Origin: a virus
Lineage: Duplodnaviria; Heunggongvirae; Uroviricota; Caudoviricetes
Length of the DNA stretch: 34,638 bases
IMG/VR virus record: IMGVR_UViG_2778260991_000004
Location: 1-34,638 of that record
Strand: one strand, 5' to 3'
The notes under the pieces are model-generated. The model was not told where the DNA came from. It did not search any database and was given only the letters and a program-made list of their open reading frames with translations. The position numbers and the translations under genes are program-made. This document shows, piece by piece, positions 8,513 through 17,055 of the stretch (the first letter of the stretch is position 1; every line of letters starts with the position of its first letter).

Positions 8513-10591
8513 TTACCCCGGTATTTGTTGCATTCCGGCGAGTTGTGCCAGTATATCTGAACCTGGTTTTTGTTGAACTTCGAGCCTGATTACCTGAGAA
8601 GCATTATTTGGTGAATATACGTTCCCCCGGTTCATTGCCAGCGCCCGCATCACATCATCGCCACTTACAGCACGAGCGGCGGCCCCATTTTCATGGTTAA
8701 TAATGCCCTGAATTAGCTTTCTCATTAGCTCAAAATTAGAACCATCGATTTTCTCCTTAACACCTAATCCAGTGTACTGAGAGAGATAGCTTTTATAGGA
8801 CGATGTGTTATTTCCATCAGATGAAGGGGCATAAATATCAATAATCTGATCAATCGTATTTTTGCCTCGTTTCAGGTATAGCATGACCTGCCGATCTAAG
8901 GCGGCGATACCTTCCAGCATCGTCGGGAAGCTGGCAAAACGGGCATTTGGCCCTGATTCCAGAGTAGCCCCTTTTTGTCCTGCGAAATTAAGGTTTCCGG
9001 GATTGTTATTCCTGATCCCTCTGGATAAATATGTTGATCTGTTTACATTGTTCGAATATTTCTGCAATCCTCCAGGCCAGACCTTGCCAGGATTGTTTTT
9101 TTGCCACTCCTGCACTTCATTAAAATATTCAAAATTAAAACGGCCTTCCAGCCCTTTCATTTCCTCACTGGTGGTAGGTGTGTTATTCGTAGGAATAGCC
9201 AATCCTGCTACTGTTCCAGCTGTAGCCCCTAGAAGGCTTCCGCCTACAACACGGGCGGCAACTCCGGTTGTTGTAGCTGCCACAGCACCAACTCTTGATG
9301 GCCCGGCAAGCACTGCGGCCCCAAAAAGCCAGGGATGTTCAACCGCAAAGCCAACAAATCCGCCAAGAGCTTTGGTGACCTTTGCAACGTTTTCGGCAAA
9401 ATTGTTCAGGTCGTTATTAAAATCCGGGCCATTAACGTACTTACCAAGTTTATCCAGCCCCGTTTCTACATCTGTCAGAATCCTTTTAAAGTTCTCACCG
9501 TTCATGAAATTCAGGGCAGCATTCGTGGTTCCATTAGAAATTCTGATTAAAGCGTCTGCATTCCCGGCCAGCGCTCCCTGAAATCCGCTGGTAAGCCGGT
9601 CCCAGTTATTTTCTAAGTTACTGGTAAGATTCTGATACTGACTTGTATGTCCAGATGTGAGCAACGAATCATTTTGTGCTGCACGCAACGAAAACTCTTT
9701 ATTGAGTTCAGGTATTTTGTCCTGATATTTGACTAACTGGTTAGCAAGACCAAAATTTACCCATCCAAGGCCACGGCCTCTGAGCATGCTCTGAGTAAGT
9801 CCGGATCCTTCATATTCCTTTGCAAGAGCAGCGACTCTTTCTAACAACACAGGGAGATTTTCTGCTGCCCCTTTTTTAGGATTTATCCCTAACCCAATTA
9901 GCCCGTTGTAGGCAGGATGCTGAGTGTCATTCTGCGCGGCTGCCAGTGTATTGAGCAAATTACCAACACCGGAAAAATAAGACGAATATGTGCTTTCTGC
10001 CGCCTTTAACTCTCCTGGCGTTGCAATCAATTCATCTGCATTTTTCTGTTTCTCTACAACATTACGAGCCATCATGCCAAAGCCAAACGGCCCGGCAACG
10101 CCCATAACCGCAAGTTTTGTCCCCCACGATACGGTGGTTTTAAACAGGTTGTTTAATCTCGAAGTGGTCGTCTGTAGCGTAGAATTGATCTGCTTGTAAG
10201 TTTTCAGCGTCTGCTGGGCATTTTTCCCCAGCCCACTGAGATACTTATCAAACATCGTTTCGCCGCGACCTTTATAGTTGCTAACGAACGAATCCGCTGT
10301 TTTCCCGCTGCCAACAAAGCGCCCTTTTTCATCCCTTAAACGCCCATCAGTGGACGCAGTCGGAACTGGCGCAGGTGAAGATGGTTTCCTGGGGGCCTGA
10401 TTGGCTTCTCCGCCTGTGGTTGTCTGCCGGGTACCACCTCCCTGACCTGTATTTGAAGGTATTTTAAGCGGTGTCCCGGCAGGGCCAATCATCAGCCCGT
10501 TGCGATATTTTTCAAATACCGCCTCGAGTCGTTTGAGTTGTTCCTCATTAATGTCCAGCGTAAGAACTGGCATCTGGTTACCAGCCATCAC
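8513..10591 (-). CDS. tail tape measure protein
   Basis: 692-aa ORF directly after the frameshifted chaperone pair; Gly/Ala/Thr-rich hydrophobic central segment; position between tube/chaperone and baseplate genes. Confidence 0.55.
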   Translation of the reverse strand: MMAGNQMPVLTLDINEEQLKRLEAVFEKYRNGLMIGPAGTPLKIPSNTGQGGGTRQTTTGGEANQAPRKPSSPAPVPTASTDGRLRDEKGRFVGSGKTADSFVSNYKGRGETMFDKYLSGLGKNAQQTLKTYKQINSTLQTTTSRLNNLFKTTVSWGTKLAVMGVAGPFGFGMMARNVVEKQKNADELIATPGELKAAESTYSSYFSGVGNLLNTLAAAQNDTQHPAYNGLIGLGINPKKGAAENLPVLLERVAALAKEYEGSGLTQSMLRGRGLGWVNFGLANQLVKYQDKIPELNKEFSLRAAQNDSLLTSGHTSQYQNLTSNLENNWDRLTSGFQGALAGNADALIRISNGTTNAALNFMNGENFKRILTDVETGLDKLGKYVNGPDFNNDLNNFAENVAKVTKALGGFVGFAVEHPWLFGAAVLAGPSRVGAVAATTTGVAARVVGGSLLGATAGTVAGLAIPTNNTPTTSEEMKGLEGRFNFEYFNEVQEWQKNNPGKVWPGGLQKYSNNVNRSTYLSRGIRNNNPGNLNFAGQKGATLESGPNARFASFPTMLEGIAALDRQVMLYLKRGKNTIDQIIDIYAPSSDGNNTSSYKSYLSQYTGLGVKEKIDGSNFELMRKLIQGIINHENGAAARAVSGDDVMRALAMNRGNVYSPNNASQVIRLEVQQKPGSDILAQLAGMQQIPG

Positions 10592-11282
10592 AATACTCCT
10601 GCGGGATTTTTGAATTTGAGCAGCTCACGAAACTGAGCTGCTGTTTTTACATTCAGACCGGAATCTGCACAGATGTCTCTGAATCCGGCTCCGGCTGAGT
10701 AGTCGAGGATGTCGCTGATGACGTGTTCGCCGTCGCGCCAGAACTGGCGGCTGATTTCAATGTCGGCAATGAAGCGATCCATTCCGTAAGATTCAATGAC
10801 GAGCATTGAGTGCTCCATATTCCATTGACCACATCCATAGTCCCCTTCGCCTGCTCCGGTGAATTTATCGACGAGACGCATGTAAAAAAAACGAGTTCAC
10901 CCGCAACATCATCCAGCTCAACGATTTCACGCTCCAGCGCCATATCAAGAGGGATTGTGTCGTAACCTTTGCCCTCCACCGGATAAACAAGGTTTGCCAG
11001 GCGAATTATTTCGTTCACCAGCGTATTACGAACTCCCTTATCATCGTCCCAGATACCGGAATCACGCGAGATCCGCTCCAGCATCAGAAAAGCGATACGC
11101 GGACCCGCAACGACGCCAAGACCTTCAGAAAAAATGGCAGAAAAGGTTTTACTCAGGATGAAGAAATGCTCTTTAAACACCTCTTTGCTGATCGGCGTGG
11201 CATAGACCCAGCCGTTACCCTTTTCTGTCCGGACAGGAATAATCAGATTCAGATTTCGGGAGATTTTCATACCAGATCCCAC
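10588..11282 (-). CDS. tail assembly chaperone, predicted -1 frameshift fusion product
   Basis: Track ORF 10588..10881 is in the -1 frame relative to ORF 10653..11282 and overlaps it. A slip at T TTT TTT (10884..10890) would join about 133 N-terminal codons to the 97-aa extension, which ends 3 nt before the tape measure start. Confidence 0.45.
10653..11282 (-). CDS. tail assembly chaperone (frame-0 product)
   Basis: 209-aa ORF between the tail tube and tape measure genes; contains the slippery run GTT TTT TTT ACA. Confidence 0.5.
   Translation of the reverse strand: MGSGMKISRNLNLIIPVRTEKGNGWVYATPISKEVFKEHFFILSKTFSAIFSEGLGVVAGPRIAFLMLERISRDSGIWDDDKGVRNTLVNEIIRLANLVYPVEGKGYDTIPLDMALEREIVELDDVAGELVFFTCVSSINSPEQAKGTMDVVNGIWSTQCSSLNLTEWIASLPTLKSAASSGATANTSSATSSTTQPEPDSETSVQIPV
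10884..10890 (-). promoter_or_regulatory. candidate -1 programmed ribosomal frameshift slippery heptamer (U UUU UUU)
   Basis: A8 run on the plus strand at 10884..10891 reads T TTT TTT in frame 0 of the chaperone gene; classic X XXY YYZ geometry at the junction of two overlapping frames. Confidence 0.45.
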
Positions 11283-11710
11283 ATTTCAGAGTTGATGTAA
11301 TACGTACCGGTAATGGTGATGGCCACTCCCGGCTCGCCCCCGGCGAAAGTCATATCCTGCACGTTGGTGATCGCCGTGTTATAGATATCGAAGTCACCGA
11401 ACACCGTGCTGTCGCTATACACTTTTGCGTCGCCGATCGTGGCGTTCTTTTCCCATTGCGCCTTGAATTGTTTTCCCAGCGCCTGGCTACGCAGCAGATG
11501 AACACGCGCCTGTAAAATCATGTATGGCTGCGGCGACTGCACGGCTCCCGTCATAGCGGGTAAAAACTCCGTGATATTGCCCTGAAAGGACAATTCGACG
11601 CCTTCTTTTGCCAGAAATGAGGCGGACACATTCAGTTCGGAATGAGAGGTGAATTTAACGCTGGCGCGAACCCGGTTAAGGGTGCCAACGGGGATCATTG
11701 GATTAGGCAC
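11267..11710 (-). CDS. tail tube protein
   Basis: 147-aa ORF immediately downstream of the sheath gene; size and position typical of contractile-tail tube proteins. Confidence 0.55.
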   Translation of the reverse strand: MPNPMIPVGTLNRVRASVKFTSHSELNVSASFLAKEGVELSFQGNITEFLPAMTGAVQSPQPYMILQARVHLLRSQALGKQFKAQWEKNATIGDAKVYSDSTVFGDFDIYNTAITNVQDMTFAGGEPGVAITITGTYYINSEMWDLV

Positions 11711-11721
11711 GGTTCAGTCCC

Positions 11722-13059
11722 TTACGAAAGCTGCATTGTCACATTGATGTTAAAAATGATTTCGACAAATCCGCGCATCGGCGTATAGGAGGCCGAAAGG
11801 CCGGCATAACGCCCGATACCGTAATCATTCGGATTCGTGTTGATATACTGGCGGAAAGGCACTGCATCGACGACAGGCTGGCCGTTGACCAGGCCGTAAG
11901 ATACGCCCGTATTGAACACCGCCTGTGCGACCTGCTGTAGACGGTCGATCCCGTCCTGGTTGTAGTAAAGCGGGTTAATTGGGTTATTGCTGCCGTTGAT
12001 CACCGTGTTGGCGAGCTGCATATCGACATTAATCTGCACCCAGTCCACGGAATACCAGTACGTCATATCGTTACCGTCACTGGTAACGCCTTTCACCAGG
12101 ATCGTGTTGGAGATTCCGCCCTCAGCCCCCGTTTCGACGTAGTTAATATTCTGCTTCGTCATCGTGGCCAGAATGGAATTTTTGCCCTTGTGGGCGTTTA
12201 CCGCCTGCAGATAGCGAAATGCCATCGGCGGCACCTTGTTGATTTCTGAAGGTGATGCGGAAACATAGTTCCACATTACGGCTGCTGCCGCGTTTGTCGC
12301 CGGGTACGTATCATCCGCCGTTGCAATAACCGACTTAATACCGGCATAAGGCGAAACGTAATTCGTGTCGTCCGGCGTTTTCGTCAGCACGAAGAAATAC
12401 TGCATCGCTTCGTTGGCGGTGTGGAGTTTTGCCAGACTGATAAACTCCGCGTCGCCATCCCACGTCTGCGGTACCAGATAAGCGTAAAAACGCTGGAGCG
12501 GATCTTCCATATAAGATTTCAGCGCAGCGATTTCCTTACTGACTCCGCCTTTCTGTACTCCCAGCTCCAGCAGGTAAATCCCCACTGAATTTCCCTGGGC
12601 AAAAAACGTGTTTACTGCCGTCACCAGATTTTCACTGCCAGCAATAGAAAACTGCCCCAGCGTCACTGGAGAACCGGAAAGCTGAGAACCAGTAATAGTC
12701 CAGGTCAGTGTTTTTTCATCCGTGACGGTAGCAGTATATTCGCCATTCCACGCGTCGGGCGAACACCCGGAAACAACAATTTTCACCTCAGAACTGTTTT
12801 CGCGTCGGATGTTGCTCCCTTCCGGAAGCGTCATCGTAACGGTGACGTTTGCCGCAGCTCTTCCTGCGGCAGCCGCCGACAAGGCAGCAATCGGATTTTT
12901 AACCAGTTCGTTAATGTCCTGATTACGGGTGAGTAATACGGGTTTTCCCGGCTCATGAGTCGTGGAACCAAACGAGAGAACCGCAGACATCTGCTGCAAA
13001 TTCGAGGGAATGGCCCCGATGGTCTGGGACACATTCACCGTGACGATATTAAATCCCAT
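11722..13059 (-). CDS. contractile tail sheath protein
   Basis: 445-aa ORF directly upstream of the tube gene; size and order sheath-tube-chaperone-tape measure. Confidence 0.6.
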   Translation of the reverse strand: MGFNIVTVNVSQTIGAIPSNLQQMSAVLSFGSTTHEPGKPVLLTRNQDINELVKNPIAALSAAAAGRAAANVTVTMTLPEGSNIRRENSSEVKIVVSGCSPDAWNGEYTATVTDEKTLTWTITGSQLSGSPVTLGQFSIAGSENLVTAVNTFFAQGNSVGIYLLELGVQKGGVSKEIAALKSYMEDPLQRFYAYLVPQTWDGDAEFISLAKLHTANEAMQYFFVLTKTPDDTNYVSPYAGIKSVIATADDTYPATNAAAAVMWNYVSASPSEINKVPPMAFRYLQAVNAHKGKNSILATMTKQNINYVETGAEGGISNTILVKGVTSDGNDMTYWYSVDWVQINVDMQLANTVINGSNNPINPLYYNQDGIDRLQQVAQAVFNTGVSYGLVNGQPVVDAVPFRQYINTNPNDYGIGRYAGLSASYTPMRGFVEIIFNINVTMQLS

Positions 13060-14003
13060 TATTTAACCTCATATTTACAAATAACTTTTTCAATCAACTG
13101 CCGGGATATTTCCCGGGCAGTGCTCTGGTAGTAATTCACGTCAAAATCGACAATCTTTTTCTTCGCCAGAGCGTTGATTTCAACCTGTCCCGACTTTGCG
13201 TCCTGAACCACCGGAATATTGGTTACACCAAACTTTTCCTCCTCCAGCGCCCTGTTCACCAACGAGTCGACAAGATCCAGCGCCATTTTGTTGCTGAATC
13301 CGTAAAGCGTCAGGCGAACCGAATCCTGGACTAGCTGGAACCGCTCACCGCCGAAAACAACGGGAGCCACCTGCAACGGAATACTGTTGCGAACATCCAC
13401 CGCGATATACGGAGGGCGAAGATTCTGCGGTACCAGGTAAGACGGATACACGGTCGCGGCATCTTTCATTTGCAGCCAGATCGGGATGCTGTTGGAGATG
13501 ATCTGCTCGTCTCTGATATCCTCCTCGCAGTCGATAATCTGGGAACGCATGGTTGGCAAAATCGCCATGCCGCGATAATGAAAAATACCCGACTGCTGAT
13601 AACGGCTCTCCATTCGTGAAAAAGCGAACTGGACGCCTCCGTACTCACCGAGATAGATCGCATCGGGATTTTCCACATTAAAATCATCAACCTGCTGAAC
13701 AGGCGTGAAAATAATGTTGTTCACATCCTTCGAGACAGACTCGTCCTGAATCGCAATAACCTGACGATGCAGGCTGCCTTTGATTTTCAGACGAGTTGGT
13801 GACTCAATATTCAGGCGACACAGTTCATCGCAACTGATGATTTCCGCATTAACCCAATAGACAAAGCCATCCAGCGGCAGAACCTGCCGGACATAGAGCC
13901 TGAACGTGATTTCCTGGTCTGACGAGATGGTTTCAACTGCGGATTTAAGAACTGATGAGAGCTGCGAACTGTGCTGTTCGGCTAATTCCTCAAGACTCGG
14001 CAT
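13059..14003 (-). CDS. virion structural protein (neck / tail-terminator region)
   Basis: 314-aa ORF between head-completion genes and the sheath gene; coupled to both neighbours. Confidence 0.35.
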   Translation of the reverse strand: MPSLEELAEQHSSQLSSVLKSAVETISSDQEITFRLYVRQVLPLDGFVYWVNAEIISCDELCRLNIESPTRLKIKGSLHRQVIAIQDESVSKDVNNIIFTPVQQVDDFNVENPDAIYLGEYGGVQFAFSRMESRYQQSGIFHYRGMAILPTMRSQIIDCEEDIRDEQIISNSIPIWLQMKDAATVYPSYLVPQNLRPPYIAVDVRNSIPLQVAPVVFGGERFQLVQDSVRLTLYGFSNKMALDLVDSLVNRALEEEKFGVTNIPVVQDAKSGQVEINALAKKKIVDFDVNYYQSTAREISRQLIEKVICKYEVK

Positions 14004-14430
14004 TGTTATCTATCCACGCTATAAAGCTGCCCTTAAACAGGCCACCGTCTATGAATGACGGGCGCCGCTCCCCGGTATATTTGTCCTTAAGCCTGGAGTT
14101 AACGCCCAGTAGCGCGGCCTGAGTTGGCACAGGGTTTCCGTTAATCGTCATCCCGGCCATTTCCTCGGCTTCCAGAAAACGGTGAAAAATCCCGCGGGTA
14201 TCGCCCATAACCTGCACAGGTGGCAACGGCACTTTATTTTTGAGATGGCGAATGAGCTGGAACGCAACCATCTCCCCTGCCTCCTGGATAATCTCGTCCT
14301 TATGCATTTCCCAGAAGTGCGTAAAAATTTCGTATCGTTCCTCGAGGTCACAGGCCACGTCAAACGTGGTTTTTCCCGGTTCGTCGCCGTAGTCATACGG
14401 CTGGTCGATAACCCCAAAACAAAGTTTCAT
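13990..14430 (-). CDS. head-tail joining / tail completion protein
   Basis: ATG at 14430 overlaps the upstream stop (ATGA); 146 aa; position only. Confidence 0.35.
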   Translation of the reverse strand: MKLCFGVIDQPYDYGDEPGKTTFDVACDLEERYEIFTHFWEMHKDEIIQEAGEMVAFQLIRHLKNKVPLPPVQVMGDTRGIFHRFLEAEEMAGMTINGNPVPTQAALLGVNSRLKDKYTGERRPSFIDGGLFKGSFIAWIDNNAES

Positions 14431-14867
14431 GGCGTGTAACCCCATACCGTGCCCATCTGCATCAGCACCGCAACAACCTGTCGTCCATACGGATCCTGTA
14501 ACATCTGCAAATCCAGCAAAGACAGATTACTCAGCGCATCGCTGATGGTGATCGAACCCGATGTCCCCTGGTCTGCTGCCGCACTGACAAGCCCGGTAGC
14601 CAGTTTCCCAAGGTTGAGTTTTTTTCTCAGGTCGGCAAACCACGAGCCGGGAGCGAAATTCAGGAGAAATGAGGCGGCAGCGTTATAAACCGTTCGCACA
14701 TAGATGATGGGTAAACGCTCCAGCCCCTGATCATGAGGGATTAGCTCCATCGCAGACTGAAAGCAACATTCCAGCGTCGGATCATCGTCAGCAATAGCAT
14801 GAACCGGTACTTTCATGTCGTCACGAACAAAGCGAATAAATCCCTCCAGTGACGGACGCAAGGTCAT
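14427..14867 (-). CDS. head-tail connector / head completion protein
   Basis: 146-aa ORF in the head-to-tail joining block. Confidence 0.35.
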   Translation of the reverse strand: MTLRPSLEGFIRFVRDDMKVPVHAIADDDPTLECCFQSAMELIPHDQGLERLPIIYVRTVYNAAASFLLNFAPGSWFADLRKKLNLGKLATGLVSAAADQGTSGSITISDALSNLSLLDLQMLQDPYGRQVVAVLMQMGTVWGYTP

Positions 14868-15337
14868 TATTTTTTAACCTTAATATTTCGCTTTGTGCTG
14901 GGCGGATTTTCCTGTTCAGTGTTAATCGCTTCCCCGGTGATTTCCATTTCAATGCCACCCGGTTGAGGTTTTTCGCCACTCTGAATCACTGCCTGATCCA
15001 CTGCGTTATTCAGCGATACGGCGCTGGCTGCGAGAATTTCTTCTGACAGGGATTCCAGATTTTCCGTTTTCTGCTCCGCGCAATCCTCAATGCGACCGAC
15101 GCTCACAGGTTTATCGATGGAATAGCAGATACCGGAAAAATTCTTGTCCACCTTGTCACAACGCTGGAATCCGTAAGGCTCATGCTGTCGGATGATGTGG
15201 TCGATAATATCGGACTGATTTTCGATCATATGCTGACGTCCGGACGGAATTGTCACACCGAACGACTGCGTTTTTTCGGGGAGTTTGTAGTTGAACGTGT
15301 GCGGCTGACGTGAGCAGTTAGCGATGTAGAGCTTCAT
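14867..15337 (-). CDS. hypothetical virion protein
   Basis: ORF 14867..15379; preferred ATG at 15337, just downstream of the capsid terminator hairpin; 156 aa. Confidence 0.35.
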   Translation of the reverse strand: MKLYIANCSRQPHTFNYKLPEKTQSFGVTIPSGRQHMIENQSDIIDHIIRQHEPYGFQRCDKVDKNFSGICYSIDKPVSVGRIEDCAEQKTENLESLSEEILAASAVSLNNAVDQAVIQSGEKPQPGGIEMEITGEAINTEQENPPSTKRNIKVKK

Positions 15338-15350
15338 AAATTTTTCCCAC

Positions 15351-15375
15351 AAAAAAGGGGAGCATTTAGCTCCCC
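15351..15375 (-). terminator. intrinsic terminator after major capsid gene
   Basis: Minus strand: GGGGAGC - TAAAT - GCTCCCC followed by TTTTTT, about 20 nt after the capsid stop codon. Confidence 0.55.
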
Positions 15376-15394
15376 GCATTATCAGATTGAACGT

Positions 15395-16423
15395 TTATGC
15401 GTATTTGGCAGACAACAGGGTGATCCCCTCAGGGCGGAAGTTCCAGCCCGGCGTCGCGCGCATGGTATACAACGTGGTCAGGCCGCCATCCGGCATAGGG
15501 GACGGGATTTCCGTCGGCGCTGCCATATCACAGAACATCACGTTGACGGCCTGCTGGTTAGGTACCAGCGTGGAGAAAATATTGGTGTTAATGGTGTGAC
15601 GCGCTTCCGGAACCTCAATCGTCGGGTTCGTAACGATGATCAGGTCATTACCACCAGCGCCTTTACCGATCAGCGTGTCGTCCTGGCAGAAAATGATGTC
15701 GTCGCCTGTCGCCTTATCGGCGACATCTTTAACCATCGTTCCCACCGTTCCGGTACCACCACCAGGACGCTGATAACTGGTCAGCTCAACAATTCCTGTC
15801 CACTCCAGAGCCTTCATGAATCGCTGTGGGCTCAGAATAACAGTCGTTAATGGCTGCCCCAGCAGCAACATGCGGGTTTTCTGGTCAGCAATCAGGCCAA
15901 GCATAAATTTAGCCATCTCACCGGAATCCCAGGTGGTATATGAATCATTCCCTTTGCTGTCGTTGCCCAGATTCAGCGTCACTGCGTTCGGGGAGTTGGT
16001 GATCCCCTCGTTATTAGCTGCATTCACGCCATACAGCAGCATATTACGCAACATTTGAGCGTGTCCCTGACGGTTAGCCAGGCGCAGGCCTTCAATCAGA
16101 GAATAGCCCCAGCGATCTGCTGCATCAGTATCGAGATAGCTGTATTGCGAGCGGGAAGAAATTCGGTAAGTCATCATTCCGTCATAGCCGCCAGAGATAC
16201 TGGAAGACGGTAACTGACCCGGCAGAGACTGGCTGACCTGCGCCTGCGAGGTCATGCGCAGATATTTCTGATAGACCATCAAATCACTGGAACTGATTTT
16301 TACCGCTGGAGCACCACCAGCCAGGACTTCAAACGCCCCGGAAGCCATGCTCTGTTGCACGATCATTTCCGGCAGCACCATTGACGGCGACACAATAGTA
16401 GTCGCAGGAGTAAATGCGCTCAT
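15395..16423 (-). CDS. major capsid protein
   Basis: 342-aa ORF after the scaffold and a small head protein, followed by a strong terminator; size and position typical of HK97-fold capsid proteins. Confidence 0.55.
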   Translation of the reverse strand: MSAFTPATTIVSPSMVLPEMIVQQSMASGAFEVLAGGAPAVKISSSDLMVYQKYLRMTSQAQVSQSLPGQLPSSSISGGYDGMMTYRISSRSQYSYLDTDAADRWGYSLIEGLRLANRQGHAQMLRNMLLYGVNAANNEGITNSPNAVTLNLGNDSKGNDSYTTWDSGEMAKFMLGLIADQKTRMLLLGQPLTTVILSPQRFMKALEWTGIVELTSYQRPGGGTGTVGTMVKDVADKATGDDIIFCQDDTLIGKGAGGNDLIIVTNPTIEVPEARHTINTNIFSTLVPNQQAVNVMFCDMAAPTEIPSPMPDGGLTTLYTMRATPGWNFRPEGITLLSAKYA

Positions 16424-16437
16424 TAATTAATATCCCC

Positions 16438-17055
16438 TTAAATTAAAAACAGGCCGCACGGTTTGCCGATTTCCCAGACAACGTTACCGCCATCCTCTTT
16501 TTTCACCGTCAGGTTTCCGTCAACTGAAATCATCAGCAGCTTAATATCCACTTTCGGATTAGCGCCGGGTGATCCCGAATAAACATCAACCATGTTTTTC
16601 GTCAGATCCCACACAAAACCACTGGCAGCAACGGTGTTATTTCCATCAGCCAGCGAAACAACTTCTGCACTGACAGGGAGAGGAATGCGGGCACCTGAGC
16701 CAACGCGGTAATAGTGAACAAAGCCACCCGCGAGATATAACGGCACCGGATTATCCGGCGTGGTAATGCCATGAAATGCCTGATTAAAGACAGTAAAGGC
16801 GTTACAGGCGTCCTTCGTGGCTTGTTTAATTACCGCGCCGTTAACGCTGTCTTTCGCGGGAGCAATGCACTCCATAACTCCAACGCCACCCCATACCGGT
16901 TCAGTGATTTTGCTGTCCAGTCGACCGGAGCAAAGTTGCAGACGAATTGCCGGATCATCCTGCGCATCCCCCTGCATCAGCCCACGGGATTCGACGTTAA
17001 AAAGGCCACCAAATGCTCCACGGTTTTTAAACGGATGAAAGTTAATATCAGCCAT
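16438..17055 (-). CDS. head protein (possible decoration or accessory)
   Basis: 205-aa ORF between the scaffold and major capsid genes. Confidence 0.35.
   Translation of the reverse strand: MADINFHPFKNRGAFGGLFNVESRGLMQGDAQDDPAIRLQLCSGRLDSKITEPVWGGVGVMECIAPAKDSVNGAVIKQATKDACNAFTVFNQAFHGITTPDNPVPLYLAGGFVHYYRVGSGARIPLPVSAEVVSLADGNNTVAASGFVWDLTKNMVDVYSGSPGANPKVDIKLLMISVDGNLTVKKEDGGNVVWEIGKPCGLFLI

Noticed and set aside
8862-9581. 239-aa plus-strand ORF (and other plus-strand ORFs at 9335..9550 and 9990..10199) inside the tape measure gene
   Set aside because: Antisense shadow ORFs inside a well-supported minus-strand gene; no RBS context; low-complexity translation.
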